DNA of 32,000 nucleotides from Bacillus subtilis subsp. subtilis str. 168 (GCF_000009045.1 NC_000964.3:3090001-3122000); one strand, 5' to 3'; counted from the first letter of the stretch, positions 19,363 through 29,239 are shown. Notes: a model not told the origin generated them from the sequence alone. Translations and numbers: made by a program.

Positions 19363-19391
19363 AAAAAGCTCCAGAATGTCTGGAGCTTTTT
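19363..19391. terminator. Bidirectional terminator between yttA (+) and bceB (-)
   Basis: Perfect 12-bp stem AAAAAGCTCCAG / CTGGAGCTTTTT with loop AATGT. It sits between the two convergent stop codons. Confidence 0.88.
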
Positions 19392-19396
19392 CTGTT

Positions 19397-21337
19397 TCAC
19401 AACGACGATTTAATGACCTTCTTATAATAAAGAACTGACAGAAAACCAAAAATGGAGTAGAGCGCAGTATATAACACCATCACCATAATCATAGGCGCCC
19501 ATACCTCTGATCCGAATAAGAACCAGCCGGATTGGACGGCAAAGTAACTGTGGAAGAGGCCGACAACGAGCGGAATGCCGAAGTTGTACATTTGTTTGAT
19601 GCGTATCCCCTTTATCAGGTCGCCCTGCGTAAAGCCGAGTTTTCTTAAAATTGTATAGCTCGGTTTTTCATCTTCACTTTCACCCATTTGTTTAAAATAA
19701 AGGATACAACCTGATGTAATCAGGAACGTTAACCCTAAGAAGCCGACGATGAACATCACCATACCAAACAGTGATTTTTGCGCAGCGCTTGTATCTAGTC
19801 TTGATAAATGCTCGTTTTTCTTGTTCACCTGTTGAAAAAGCTCATTTGCTTTTTCCATTTGATCGTCATGTTTCACATTGACGCCGATAAATGTAGATTG
19901 CGCCAGCTGAATGCGGGGGTCTTTATCCTTGTCCAGCTGTTTAAACAGGCTGTCATCCACAATGACAGCGGGCATGCCCCCGCTTGTAAACGTGTAGGAC
20001 ACAAGAAACTCTTCTCTTAATCCTTTATATTTTAATGGCTGCGTCTCGTGCTTGCTTTTTACTTTAATAACACCAGAGTCCTTGAAAACCATTATTTTTT
20101 GCAGCAAGTCGGTGTATCCTGAGAAAACGGCTTCTCCAGCCGCCACATCGACTCCTTTTACATCTTTGTCGCTAACAACAGCAAGCTGCATATTGCCGGG
20201 ATCGCCCTGCATCTCTTTCGGAGTTCCATCCATAATATTTGCAATGTCAACATTTGCTTGCAGGACAGGTGTTGCCTTTTTTACAAACGAGATGTTGCTT
20301 TCCCTCAATTTGTTTTCAAATAACTTGGCATCTTTCTCATTCATGAATGAAAAATCAGCCGCTACATTTTGTTCAGCGGTCTTTTCCGACGAGTAATACG
20401 AGATGTAAGCAAGAGATAACAGCCCGATGGCGAGCGCTGAAACGGTTGTAATAATCGTCAGCAGCAGCGCATTCGATTTCATTCTGAACATGATCGAAGA
20501 CAGTGACAGAACCTCAGAAATATTTAAGTAGCCGCCCTTGCTTTTTCGAATGATATTCGAGATAAACGTAACTGATCCTTTATAAAACAAAAACGTCCCG
20601 ATAATGACGCTCCCCAGAATGAAGCTCATCGCAACAAACAGTTCATTAATGGTCTTAAATTTTCCGCCAAACAGCTCAGAAGACACATAGTATCCTGTCA
20701 AAATCAACACGATGCCTAAAGCGCCGATCAGCATTTGGAAAAATGATATTTTCTTCACTTTGTCTTCAGTGGAGGACGTTACTTTAAACAAAGATAAAAT
20801 ACTCTGTTTTTTGATAAACGTATAATTCATGATCATGATCAAAAGGTAAATGCCGCAGAACACAATGACCGTTTGGACCAAGGCCTGCTCAGAAAAATGC
20901 AGTTTCGCATCCGCTTTGACATCGACAATTTTGAACAGAATCATCAAGACAAGCTTCGATATCGAAAACCCGGCCGCTACCCCGATCGCTAATGAACCGA
21001 AATACAGCATGACATTTTCTGCACTTAAGATGCGAAAAATTTTATGCTTCGTCATTCCAATTAATTGAAACAGCCCGATTTCTTTACTCCGTCTCTTAAT
21101 AAAAATCGTATTGGCATATAAAATGAAGATCGCCACTACAGCCACAAGCAAAATCGAAGCGGTTTTAATAGCCGCGGCTCCCTTGATTGAAGCCTTCACT
21201 TCGTTAATTGCTGGATCATACTGCAGCGTGACAAAGGCGAAATAAAGCGCCACGCTAAAGATGAGCGCAAACACATACAAATAGTAATTCCGGAGATTCT
21301 TTTTCAAATTTCGCAGGATGAGCTGATTAATGTTCAT
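19397..21337 (-). CDS. bceB: Bacitracin-sensing/resistance ABC transporter permease (BceB type, FtsX-domain, large extracellular loop), 646 aa
   Basis: About 10 hydrophobic segments with a hydrophilic domain of roughly 200 aa in the middle. It overlaps bceA by 11 nt. Recognised as BceB (YtsD). Confidence 0.93.
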
Positions 21338-22088
21338 GCTGCACCCCGCCTAACACGCCTTGCGTTTTCATAATATCCTGGAAAAACGTTTGCCTGTCCT
21401 GGCCCCCTTTATTCAGCTGTGTATACATTTGCCCGTCCTTAATAAAAATGACTCTGCCGCAGTAGCTGGCAGCGACGGGATCATGGGTAACCATAATAAT
21501 CGTCGCGTTGCGTTTTTGATTGAGCTGGCTCAGCTTATTTAATAGATCGGAGGCCGATTTCGAATCGAGCGCGCCGGTCGGTTCATCAGCGAAAATAATG
21601 CTCGGGTCATGAATAAACGCTCTTCCAGCGGATGTTCTCTGCTTCTGGCCGCCGGAAATTTCATTCGGGTATTTATCCCGCAATTCATATATTCCCAGTT
21701 CCTTGGCAACTTCCTCAAACTTGCGATTGGCTTCCTTTTTTGATAGTTTCGTGATCGATAAAGGCAGAAGGATATTCTCTTTCACTGTCAATGTGTCTAA
21801 CAAATTGTAATCCTGAAAGATAAAGCCTAAATGCTGTTTTCTAAATTCAGCCAGCTGCTTTTCCTTCATAGCCGTCATGTCATTTCCATTAATATGAATG
21901 GTTCCGTGACTGACCTGATCGATTGAGGACAGAACGTTGAGCAAAGTGGTTTTTCCCGACCCGGAAGCACCCATAATACTGACGAATTCGCCCTTTTCAA
22001 TGTGAATATCGATGCCCTTCAGCACTTCCTGTTTATTCAGCTTGTTTCCATAACTTTTTCGAATTTTATTCGCTTCTAAAATCACCAT
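21327..22088 (-). CDS. bceA: Bacitracin ABC transporter ATP-binding protein, 253 aa
   Basis: Walker [10 protein letters not shown], signature ISGGQKQR and Walker B IIFADEPT are all present. SD AAGGAG lies 9 nt upstream. Confidence 0.95.
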
Positions 22089-22119
22089 TTACGCAGTCTC
22101 CTTTATATTGGATAATCTC

Positions 22120-22125
22120 ATTATA
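22120..22125 (-). promoter_or_regulatory. -10 element (TATAAT) of the BceR-dependent bceAB promoter
   Basis: Minus-strand TATAAT lies 31 nt upstream of the bceA ATG. There is no good -35, as expected for an activator-dependent promoter. Confidence 0.6.
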
Positions 22126-22171
22126 AAAAGGAATGCCGGGCTTTTCCTTCGATACGGCGAACAAAAAAGAA

Positions 22172-22199
22172 AAGCATGTGACATTTTCGTCACACGCTT
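22172..22199. promoter_or_regulatory. BceR-binding inverted repeat upstream of bceA
   Basis: TGTGAC-ATTTTC-GTCACA (22177-22194) lies within a longer imperfect palindrome, AAGCaTGTGAC...GTCACAcGCTT. It is centred about 60 nt upstream of the -10. The bceS stop codon (22190-22192) lies inside it. Confidence 0.75.
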
Positions 22200-23194
22200 A
22201 TGACATGTTCAAATTGATTCCGTATTGGAAAGGTTAATGTAAAAACTGTTCCCGCACCAAACTCCGACTCAACATCAATATGGATCAATAACGGCGCCGC
22301 TGCTTTTTTTGCCAAGTACAGCCCCATGCCAGTTGACGCTTGATCATGGTGATCCGTTGTGGATGTAAACCCTTTATCAAAAATACGCGGTACATCTTTT
22401 GGATCAATGCCCCTGCCACAATCTTTCACTTGGAGCTGCGTCTGTTCCCCTTTTTGAAAGCTTTTGATCTCGATTTCAGAGGCTTCGCTGTATTTCACCG
22501 CGTTTGTCAGCAGCTGCCTGATGATAAACGCCAGCCATTTTGCATCGCTCAGCACTTCTTTGGCCTCGAGCTGTATGTCAAAACCGATCCCTTTTTGGAT
22601 ACACCACGATTGTAAATCTTTGATTTCTTTAAAGATCAAAGGCTGAAGCTGAATGAATTCTACTGACAGGTCGTTTTCAATAAATGAAATGCGTTTTTGA
22701 TGAAGCTGCTGATCAAGAAGCAGGTGAATACGCAGCCATTCATATGACAGCTGGGATTTCAGTGCTTTTTCTTCCATTCTATCAATGATTAAATGCATCG
22801 CTGTTAATGGAGTTTTGACCTCATGGATCCATGCCATCAGCTCATCTTTTTCATTTTCCAATGCTAAGCGATGCCGTGCTGCGGTCTGCTTCAAGTGTTC
22901 TGTTTGCCCGGCAATGCTTCTTTCAACCATTGCTTCAAACGGCGTTTCCGGTTCATTTATGGCTGTCACATCGAGATTGTTCTCCCATGTTTTCAAGCTT
23001 TTATAAAACGCTGTTTCTTTCCGATAGCGGAACCAAAGGAATATGATAAAAAACAAGATGCACAAATACACCATATAAAGTACATTCCCAAATGATATGG
23101 AAGGATCGACAAAAGCAATGAACAGCATCAAAGCCTGCTGAAACAAAAACGCGGCAATCCAGCTCCGCCTTTCGATAAGGAATGCTTTAATCAT
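22190..23194 (-). CDS. bceS: Intramembrane-sensing histidine kinase, 334 aa
   Basis: ORF 22190..23296 trimmed to the ATG at 23194 (MIKAFLIERRSWIAAFLFQQ), because the upstream codons lie inside bceR. It has two N-terminal TM helices with almost no extracellular loop, the H-box HEVKTPLT, and an ATPase domain (GRGI, GMGLYL). Confidence 0.92.
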   Translation of the reverse strand: MIKAFLIERRSWIAAFLFQQALMLFIAFVDPSISFGNVLYMVYLCILFFIIFLWFRYRKETAFYKSLKTWENNLDVTAINEPETPFEAMVERSIAGQTEHLKQTAARHRLALENEKDELMAWIHEVKTPLTAMHLIIDRMEEKALKSQLSYEWLRIHLLLDQQLHQKRISFIENDLSVEFIQLQPLIFKEIKDLQSWCIQKGIGFDIQLEAKEVLSDAKWLAFIIRQLLTNAVKYSEASEIEIKSFQKGEQTQLQVKDCGRGIDPKDVPRIFDKGFTSTTDHHDQASTGMGLYLAKKAAAPLLIHIDVESEFGAGTVFTLTFPIRNQFEHVISV

Positions 23195-23882
23195 AGAACT
23201 TGTCCTCTTCCTTCGCGATGTAGCCCTGGCCCACCTTTGTCTCGATATATGCACCAAGCTGCAGGGCGTCCAGTTTTTTTCGCAGGCGATTGACATTGAC
23301 GGTCAGCGTATTATCACTAACAAAACGCTCATCGTTCCACAAGCTTCTGATCAGCTCTTCCCGGCTGACGATCTTGTTTTTTTGCTCTATTAATTGTTTT
23401 AGAATGAACATTTCATTTTTGGTCAGTTCAACAGATCCTTTGTCATTGCTGACGAGGTTCTGCTCCGCGTCTACAGCAGCGCCGCACCACGTTTTAATCG
23501 TACTCGGCTCCGTATTATAATGGTGCACACGCCGGAACATCGCTTGGATTTTCGCGATCAGCACATCAAAATGAAATGGCTTTTGAATAAAGTCATCTGC
23601 CCCGAGCTGCATGGACATCACCATATCAGCAGGATGATCCCGGGAGGATAAAAAGAGAATCGGAACATTTGACCGGGAGCGGATCAGACGGCACCAATGA
23701 AAGCCGTCAAATTTAGGCAGCTGCACATCAATAATGACACAATCAGGATTAACCGCCGCAAATTCCTGCAGCACCTGACTGAAATCCTGAATGCCGTATA
23801 CATCATAGGACCATCCCGTTAAACGATCCTTGATTTCATGAAACAGCGATTCATCATCTTCAATCAGCAAAAGTTTAAACAA
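23187..23882 (-). CDS. bceR: OmpR-family response regulator, about 231 aa
   Basis: Receiver domain (LLLIEDD ... DVQLPKFDG) plus a winged-helix C-terminal domain. The start is ambiguous. A TTG at 23882 gives 231 aa, which matches my recollection, and a GTG at 23891 gives 234 aa. The ORF-track ATG at 23936 has no SD. The gene overlaps bceS by 8 nt. Confidence 0.88.
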   Translation of the reverse strand: MFKLLLIEDDESLFHEIKDRLTGWSYDVYGIQDFSQVLQEFAAVNPDCVIIDVQLPKFDGFHWCRLIRSRSNVPILFLSSRDHPADMVMSMQLGADDFIQKPFHFDVLIAKIQAMFRRVHHYNTEPSTIKTWCGAAVDAEQNLVSNDKGSVELTKNEMFILKQLIEQKNKIVSREELIRSLWNDERFVSDNTLTVNVNRLRKKLDALQLGAYIETKVGQGYIAKEEDKFYD

Positions 23883-23945
23883 TCGACTCACCGCACTTTT
23901 TCCTTTTTTATCAAGTGTATAGCAAAACGCCAGCATGCGCTATAG

Positions 23946-23970
23946 AAAAAGCCGGCTGTCTCAGCCGGCT
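23946..23970 (-). terminator. Rho-independent terminator of the ytr operon
   Basis: AGCCGGCT-GAGAC-AGCCGGCT forms an 8-bp GC-rich stem followed by TTTTT on the minus strand. It lies 9 nt after the ytrF stop. Confidence 0.85.
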
Positions 23971-23978
23971 CGTTCGCA

Positions 23979-25289
23979 TTATAATTCTCTTCTCAACGCT
24001 GTCAGCACGTTGGTTTTGGTAGCTTTTCTCGCCGGGTTCATTCCGGAAATGACTGCGACCCCTCCGCAAATCACAACGGCAATGATCACAAGGCTCGCCG
24101 GGATGTAGGAGAATGTGTAATTCAAATCGCCCGCATCGCCACCGCTTGTGGCCGCAAGAATCATCGGAACGGCCAGGTTGACAAGGTAGCTCACGCCGTA
24201 AGAAATGATAATCCCAATCACACAGCCTAAAATTCCGATATACGCGCTTTCCATCAAGAACATTCGGCGAATGATTGACGGGCTCGCCCCAATCGCTTTC
24301 ATAATGCCGATCTCTTGCGTTCTCTCTGTCACCGCCATCGTCATCGTGTTAAAAATGCCGATCGCTGAAATGATAACTGCGATACATCCGACAAAGATCA
24401 GTCCGATTTTGAAGACCATGAAGAAGGTATTGGCTCCCTCAAGTTCAGTAGTCACTGATGTGACATAGTACCCGTCATCTGTTAGATCATTTGTCAGCTG
24501 TTCCACATTCTCAAACTTATCAGCAAAAACACCAATGTTCGTTTCAACATTTCCGCCTTTGAAATCTAAGAATTCCGAAAAATCTTTTTTGAATTGATCA
24601 CTGATAAAAATATTTGAGTCCTCCATCCAGTCTTGAGATGGTTTTTTTGTAATACCGACAATTTTAAAGTCATATGTTTTTGTTTTTGTAACATCCCCTG
24701 TTTTAGAATCTGTCTTCGATACACTTAGTTCAATTGTTTTATTTAGAATATCTTTCGTATAGCCCTTTGGTTCTTTTATATCTTCTGGATTTCCTTTTGC
24801 TTCCTCGATTTTTTTGTTATATTCTTCCGATTCTTTTTTCGTTAATAATCTCTTTGCGAAGTCGTATCCTACTACGATTTCATTTTCCGACTTTGCGACT
24901 CTTCCCTTTTCCAATTCCATATTGGCCTTTAATTCATCATTCATATTAGTAAAAATGAGATTTGAGCTTTCATTTGTACGATTGCCTAAAGTAGCTTTGT
25001 TTGGTTCATACACTTGCGTTCTTTCTACAACTGACCTTACGTGATCATACTTCTCTAAATCAGCTTTTTTAATCGGCTTGTCTCCTTCCTTGCCCATTAC
25101 GCTGACTTTCGTTACAATCTGCTGGCTCATTGTCATATCTGTAATCGTCTTTTGAATCCCAAATCCAACGGACGACAACACAACCAAAAACGCACACGCC
25201 ATTGTTGTCGCCAGAATCGTCATAAAGACGCGAAGCCTGTTTTTCTTCATATTTCTTCTGATAAAATGAACCTGATCCTTAAACCTCAA
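23979..25289 (-). CDS. ytrF: MacB/FtsX-type ABC permease with a large extracytoplasmic domain, 436 aa
   Basis: One N-terminal TM helix, a hydrophilic domain of about 250 aa, and three C-terminal TM helices (MacB topology). It overlaps ytrE by 11 nt. Confidence 0.9.
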   Translation of the reverse strand: MRFKDQVHFIRRNMKKNRLRVFMTILATTMACAFLVVLSSVGFGIQKTITDMTMSQQIVTKVSVMGKEGDKPIKKADLEKYDHVRSVVERTQVYEPNKATLGNRTNESSNLIFTNMNDELKANMELEKGRVAKSENEIVVGYDFAKRLLTKKESEEYNKKIEEAKGNPEDIKEPKGYTKDILNKTIELSVSKTDSKTGDVTKTKTYDFKIVGITKKPSQDWMEDSNIFISDQFKKDFSEFLDFKGGNVETNIGVFADKFENVEQLTNDLTDDGYYVTSVTTELEGANTFFMVFKIGLIFVGCIAVIISAIGIFNTMTMAVTERTQEIGIMKAIGASPSIIRRMFLMESAYIGILGCVIGIIISYGVSYLVNLAVPMILAATSGGDAGDLNYTFSYIPASLVIIAVVICGGVAVISGMNPARKATKTNVLTALRREL

Positions 25290-25974
25290 CGGTAATTCCT
25301 CCTTTTAGCACACCATCATGAAGCTGAAATTTTGAATGTCCGATAGAAGCGACTTCATCATCGTGAGTAATGATCACAAATGTAATGCCACGCTCACGAT
25401 TCAGCTGCTGGATCAATTCCAGCACTTCATGTTCCGTTTCTGAATCAAGGCTTCCCGTCGGCTCATCCGCTAAGATAATCGAAGGATTTAAAATCAATGC
25501 TCGAGCAATACTGACACGCTGCTGCTGGCCGCCTGACAGTTCATTCGGATAATGAGCGGCGTGGTTTTCCAGACCGACGCGTTTCAGCATGTCCTGCACC
25601 TTTTGCTTCCGCTCAGATGGCTTGATTCCTTTTAACGCCAGCGGCATTTCCACATTCTCATACGTCGTTAAACCCGGGATGAGCTGAAAGCTCTGAAAAA
25701 TAAACCCGAAATGGTCAAGCCGAAATTGCGCCCATTCCTTTTCATTAAACCCCGTAACATCAGTGCCATTAATGACAATCCGCCCTTTTGTCGGCGATAT
25801 GTAGCCGGAAATTAAATTCAAAAGCGTTGATTTCCCTGAGCCGCTTCGTCCGACAATGCAGGCGATTTCCCCTTTCGCCACGCTCAATGAAACATCCTTC
25901 AATACTGGAACTTCATTCTCACGGCCCTTTTTTCCGATCGTGAAAGAATGGTCGATATGCTGAACATCAATCAT
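25279..25974 (-). CDS. ytrE: ABC ATP-binding protein (MacB/LolD-like partner of YtrF), 231 aa
   Basis: Walker A GRSGSGKST, signature LSGGQQQR and Walker B IILADEPT are present. Confidence 0.93.
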   Translation of the reverse strand: MIDVQHIDHSFTIGKKGRENEVPVLKDVSLSVAKGEIACIVGRSGSGKSTLLNLISGYISPTKGRIVINGTDVTGFNEKEWAQFRLDHFGFIFQSFQLIPGLTTYENVEMPLALKGIKPSERKQKVQDMLKRVGLENHAAHYPNELSGGQQQRVSIARALILNPSIILADEPTGSLDSETEHEVLELIQQLNRERGITFVIITHDDEVASIGHSKFQLHDGVLKGGITVEV

Positions 25975-25988
25975 ATGTTCTCTCTCCC

Positions 25989-26966
25989 TTACAAAAGTTT
26001 CATTTTTTTATAAATCGCAAAATAACTAATCAAGAAACCGATTACCGCACCTGTACCCATGCCAATGAGATAACCGGCAAAGCTCTCGCTTGCAGTAAAT
26101 CCAAAATAGCCGAAGCCCATGATTCCTATGATAATAACGATGATCTGCACCGGGCGGTTAAGCGGCTTCCATAAGAAGAAATATCCGTTTCTTTCATTAG
26201 ACATTTTAACAAAGCTAATATAGCCGATGATGTAAAAAATGATAGTCATGATAGCCGGAATGACTAAATAATATGGTGAATTCTCAGCCCATTTCGAGTC
26301 TACATAAATTATCGGAATGAAATACTGCACCCATTTAGGTACTGGACCATGGATAAAATCTATTGATCCGCCAAAAAGGATCTCGAGGTTGATCACAGGC
26401 AGGCTGATGAGTAAAAACGGCGAAATGGCCACGGTAAATGAGACTAGAAGCTGTGCGAAACTATTGCCTGTCAAAGCTCCTCCGGCCATAACCAAAGAAT
26501 AAGCCAGCATGCTAACAATAATCATTCCCAAGCTGTAATTGTGAAAATAAACGGCCTGATCTGGCTTCAAAAGCATGATCAGCAAAACAGACAAAACATA
26601 ACCTATGAGCTGCGGCACCACAATCACCATTCCGCCGGTAAGGAACTTCGCATGAAATATCTGCCCTCGTGTATATGGAAGGCTTAATGTAAAATCAAAG
26701 AAGCTCTTGCTACGTTCAATCCCAAGCTGGCTGACCGCCAAAACGACTCCCCAAATCCAAAACAATGAGATAAATGAGCTATTTAAATAATCAACGCTGA
26801 ATACGCAGGGGCCGACCCAATTTTCTTTTCCAGTGACACAGCCTTGATAGATGAGATACATATTTAAAATTGATAATGGATTACCTAATATAAAAACCAA
26901 AATGGTGATAACTAAGGCGACTTTATTCTGCCGCCACTCTTTGTAAAGCAGTCCGGAATCCGGCAA
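25989..26966 (-). CDS. ytrD: ABC-2-type integral membrane protein, paralogue of YtrC, about 325 aa
   Basis: ORF 25989..26981 trimmed to the TTG at 26966, which lies 6 nt after SD GGAGGGA. It has multiple TM helices and shares blocks with YtrC (GLLYKEWRQNKV, ERSK..DF.LSLPY, GALTGN.FAQLL, SERNG.FFLW). Confidence 0.85.
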   Translation of the reverse strand: MPDSGLLYKEWRQNKVALVITILVFILGNPLSILNMYLIYQGCVTGKENWVGPCVFSVDYLNSSFISLFWIWGVVLAVSQLGIERSKSFFDFTLSLPYTRGQIFHAKFLTGGMVIVVPQLIGYVLSVLLIMLLKPDQAVYFHNYSLGMIIVSMLAYSLVMAGGALTGNSFAQLLVSFTVAISPFLLISLPVINLEILFGGSIDFIHGPVPKWVQYFIPIIYVDSKWAENSPYYLVIPAIMTIIFYIIGYISFVKMSNERNGYFFLWKPLNRPVQIIVIIIGIMGFGYFGFTASESFAGYLIGMGTGAVIGFLISYFAIYKKMKLL

Positions 26967-26995
26967 CTCACTTCCCTCCAAACCTAAGGCATTTC

Positions 26996-27982
26996 TTACA
27001 CTTTTGTTTTCTTATAAATAGAGAAGTAGCTCACAAAGAATCCAGCCACTGCTCCAATGATCATACCCAAAATATAACCAATAATGGAATGTCCGGTATA
27101 GTATCCAAATAAACCAAATCCAAGGATGCCGAAAGCCATAACCAGAATTTGCACCGGGCGATCTAATCTGTTCCATAAGAAAAAGTGTCCGTTCCGTTCA
27201 CTTGGAAGCTTCTTGAAGCTTATAAAGCCAATCAAGTAAAATAGCATGCTCATTACGGCTGGAATCAATAAAAGATATTTACTGTTAATCAGCCATTCAT
27301 TTACAACGTAACTAATCGGTACTAGGTTCGATAAATTGCTTGCCAGAGAGAAATAACTCTCAGGGGAAGGGAATATTTCCCATATATTCGCACCAAAAAC
27401 AACTTCTAGGTTTCCAACCGGCAATGCAATAATTAAATACGGCAATATAGCTGCTGAAAACGCCGTTAACAGTTGGGCAAAAGCATTTCCAGTTAACGCT
27501 CCGGCGGCCATCACCAGTGAAAAAGCCATAAAACTTATCACGATTACTCCAATGCTGCTGTGCTCAAAAAAGTAGACGTGTTCAGGGTTATAGACAAGAA
27601 TCAGCAGCCATGCAAGTAAAAAGCCAATCAATTGTGACAGCACAATCACAAAACCGCCTAACCAAAATTTTGTCTGAAAAATTTGGCTTCTGTTATACGG
27701 GAGGCTTAATATAAAATCCATCGTGCCTTTCGAACGCTCCATTCCGAGGAAGCAGACCGCCAAAATGACACCCGGCACCCAGTTGATATCTATCAGATTG
27801 CTTATGGAATAATTCACAATAAAATCACAATATTGCGGGTCTTGGCGATCAAGACACCCTTGATAAGACAAATACGTATTAACGATAGAAAGCGGATTTG
27901 CCAATACTAAAAACGCGATACTTAACAAAATCACCACTTGATTCTGCTTCCACTCTCGATAGAGGAGACCTCGGTCTACCAT
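26996..27982 (-). CDS. ytrC: ABC-2-type integral membrane protein, paralogue of YtrD, 328 aa
   Basis: Same architecture and motif blocks as YtrD. Its start overlaps the ytrB stop by 7 nt. Confidence 0.88.
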   Translation of the reverse strand: MVDRGLLYREWKQNQVVILLSIAFLVLANPLSIVNTYLSYQGCLDRQDPQYCDFIVNYSISNLIDINWVPGVILAVCFLGMERSKGTMDFILSLPYNRSQIFQTKFWLGGFVIVLSQLIGFLLAWLLILVYNPEHVYFFEHSSIGVIVISFMAFSLVMAAGALTGNAFAQLLTAFSAAILPYLIIALPVGNLEVVFGANIWEIFPSPESYFSLASNLSNLVPISYVVNEWLINSKYLLLIPAVMSMLFYLIGFISFKKLPSERNGHFFLWNRLDRPVQILVMAFGILGFGLFGYYTGHSIIGYILGMIIGAVAGFFVSYFSIYKKTKV

Positions 27983-28854
27983 CTCCGCTTCCCTCCAAAC
28001 TTCGCAATGAACACTTCTTCCAGGTTGACAGGAAGCTCATTCCACACTTTTGGCTTCAGCTCTCTCAAAAAGCTCTTTTTCTCCTCATCGCTTTTCGGAA
28101 TCAGCACTGTGTAAAACACGCCGGCCTGATCGAGCATCGGAATGTTTTGCTCTCTGATGGCCAAATTGACATCTGTATCGAAGGCCATTTGAATTTTAAT
28201 GTATTCTTCTTTTAACTCATCAAGATCCATGACGTTGGTCAGGCTGTTATCTTCAAGAAAACCAATTCGGTTGCACATCCGCTCTATGTCTTCAAGCCGG
28301 TGGGACGTAATCAGGATGCTCGTATCACGCTCTGCCACTTCATCGACCATCAGCTGCAGCACATCATGCCTTGTCACCGCATCAATACCATCCGTCGGCT
28401 CATCAAGGAGGATCAGCGCCGGTCTCGCCGCAAACGACAGAACGAGCGATAGCTGCTTTTTTAAGCCTGTCGACAGCTCACGGTATTTTTTCGTTTCCGG
28501 AATTTCGTATCTGTTCATCAGCTCATTCGCGTACGTGACATCAAATTTCGGATATATTCTTCTCAAAATATCGACTAACTGCTTGTATGTATACTTATCG
28601 TAAAACGGATTTTGAACAGGCATGTAGATGATATTTTGTTTGACTTTCGGGTGCTTTTTGATTTCTACGCCGTCAAATAAAATCGTTCCGCTGTCAGCGA
28701 AAATGATTTGCTGGATTAAGCGAAGCATCGTCGTTTTGCCCGATCCATTGCGTCCAAGCAATCCAAAGATTTCTCCTTTTTCGATTGTTAATGAAACATC
28801 TTTTAATACTTGATTGCCGTCAATCGCTTTTGACAGCTGCCGCAGTTCAATCAT
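27976..28854 (-). CDS. ytrB: ABC ATP-binding protein with a C-terminal extension (partner of YtrC/YtrD), 292 aa
   Basis: Walker A GRNGSGKTT, signature LSTGLKKQ and Walker B LILLDEPT are present, plus about 80 aa of extra C-terminal domain. It overlaps ytrA by 8 nt. Confidence 0.93.
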   Translation of the reverse strand: MIELRQLSKAIDGNQVLKDVSLTIEKGEIFGLLGRNGSGKTTMLRLIQQIIFADSGTILFDGVEIKKHPKVKQNIIYMPVQNPFYDKYTYKQLVDILRRIYPKFDVTYANELMNRYEIPETKKYRELSTGLKKQLSLVLSFAARPALILLDEPTDGIDAVTRHDVLQLMVDEVAERDTSILITSHRLEDIERMCNRIGFLEDNSLTNVMDLDELKEEYIKIQMAFDTDVNLAIREQNIPMLDQAGVFYTVLIPKSDEEKKSFLRELKPKVWNELPVNLEEVFIAKFGGKRRW

Positions 28855-29239
28855 TTTTTTTGCCTCCCTTCACATCAGCGCTGATTTCCTTTATCCATTC
28901 GTGCAGTTTTTCCAGCTCAACCCCTGCATAGTGTGCATCGATGATGAGCTGTTTGAGTTGCTCTTTAATCATCGTCATCTTCCCTTCAACCAGTGTCGTT
29001 TTTGCATTCTCCGATATATAGGTCCCTCTGCCCCGCAGCGTTTCAATAATCCCCTCTCGCTCAAGTTCTTTATACGCTTTGCTGACAGTGTTCGGATTCG
29101 CAATAATGATCGTTGCCAATTCTCTGACAGAAGGAAGCTTATCACCAGGCTTCATGATCCCTTTCAAACAAAGCTCTTTCATTTGCTGAATAATTTGTTC
29201 GTAAATGGGTGTTGAGCTTCTTGGATCGATTTGAATCAT
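28847..29239 (-). CDS. ytrA: GntR-family (YtrA subfamily) transcriptional repressor, 130 aa
   Basis: Winged HTH LPSVRELATIIIANPNTVSKAYKELEREGII followed by a short C-terminal helical domain, which is typical of the YtrA subfamily. Confidence 0.93.
   Translation of the reverse strand: MIQIDPRSSTPIYEQIIQQMKELCLKGIMKPGDKLPSVRELATIIIANPNTVSKAYKELEREGIIETLRGRGTYISENAKTTLVEGKMTMIKEQLKQLIIDAHYAGVELEKLHEWIKEISADVKGGKKND

Noticed and set aside
22127-22148. AAGGAA-N10-TTCCTT hairpin between the BceR box and the -10 of PbceA, as a possible bceS terminator.
   Set aside because: The stem is only 6 bp, the loop is 10 nt, and no U-run follows on the minus strand. That is too weak to call a terminator, so I mention it only in the BceR-box finding.
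28199-29215. Plus-strand ORFs of 134, 61 and 133 aa antisense to ytrB and ytrA. Similar antisense ORFs lie in bceB, bceS, ytrF and yttB.
   Set aside because: No SD, a composition typical of antisense frames, and complete nesting in recognised genes. There is no sign of a toxin-antitoxin-like small gene pair.
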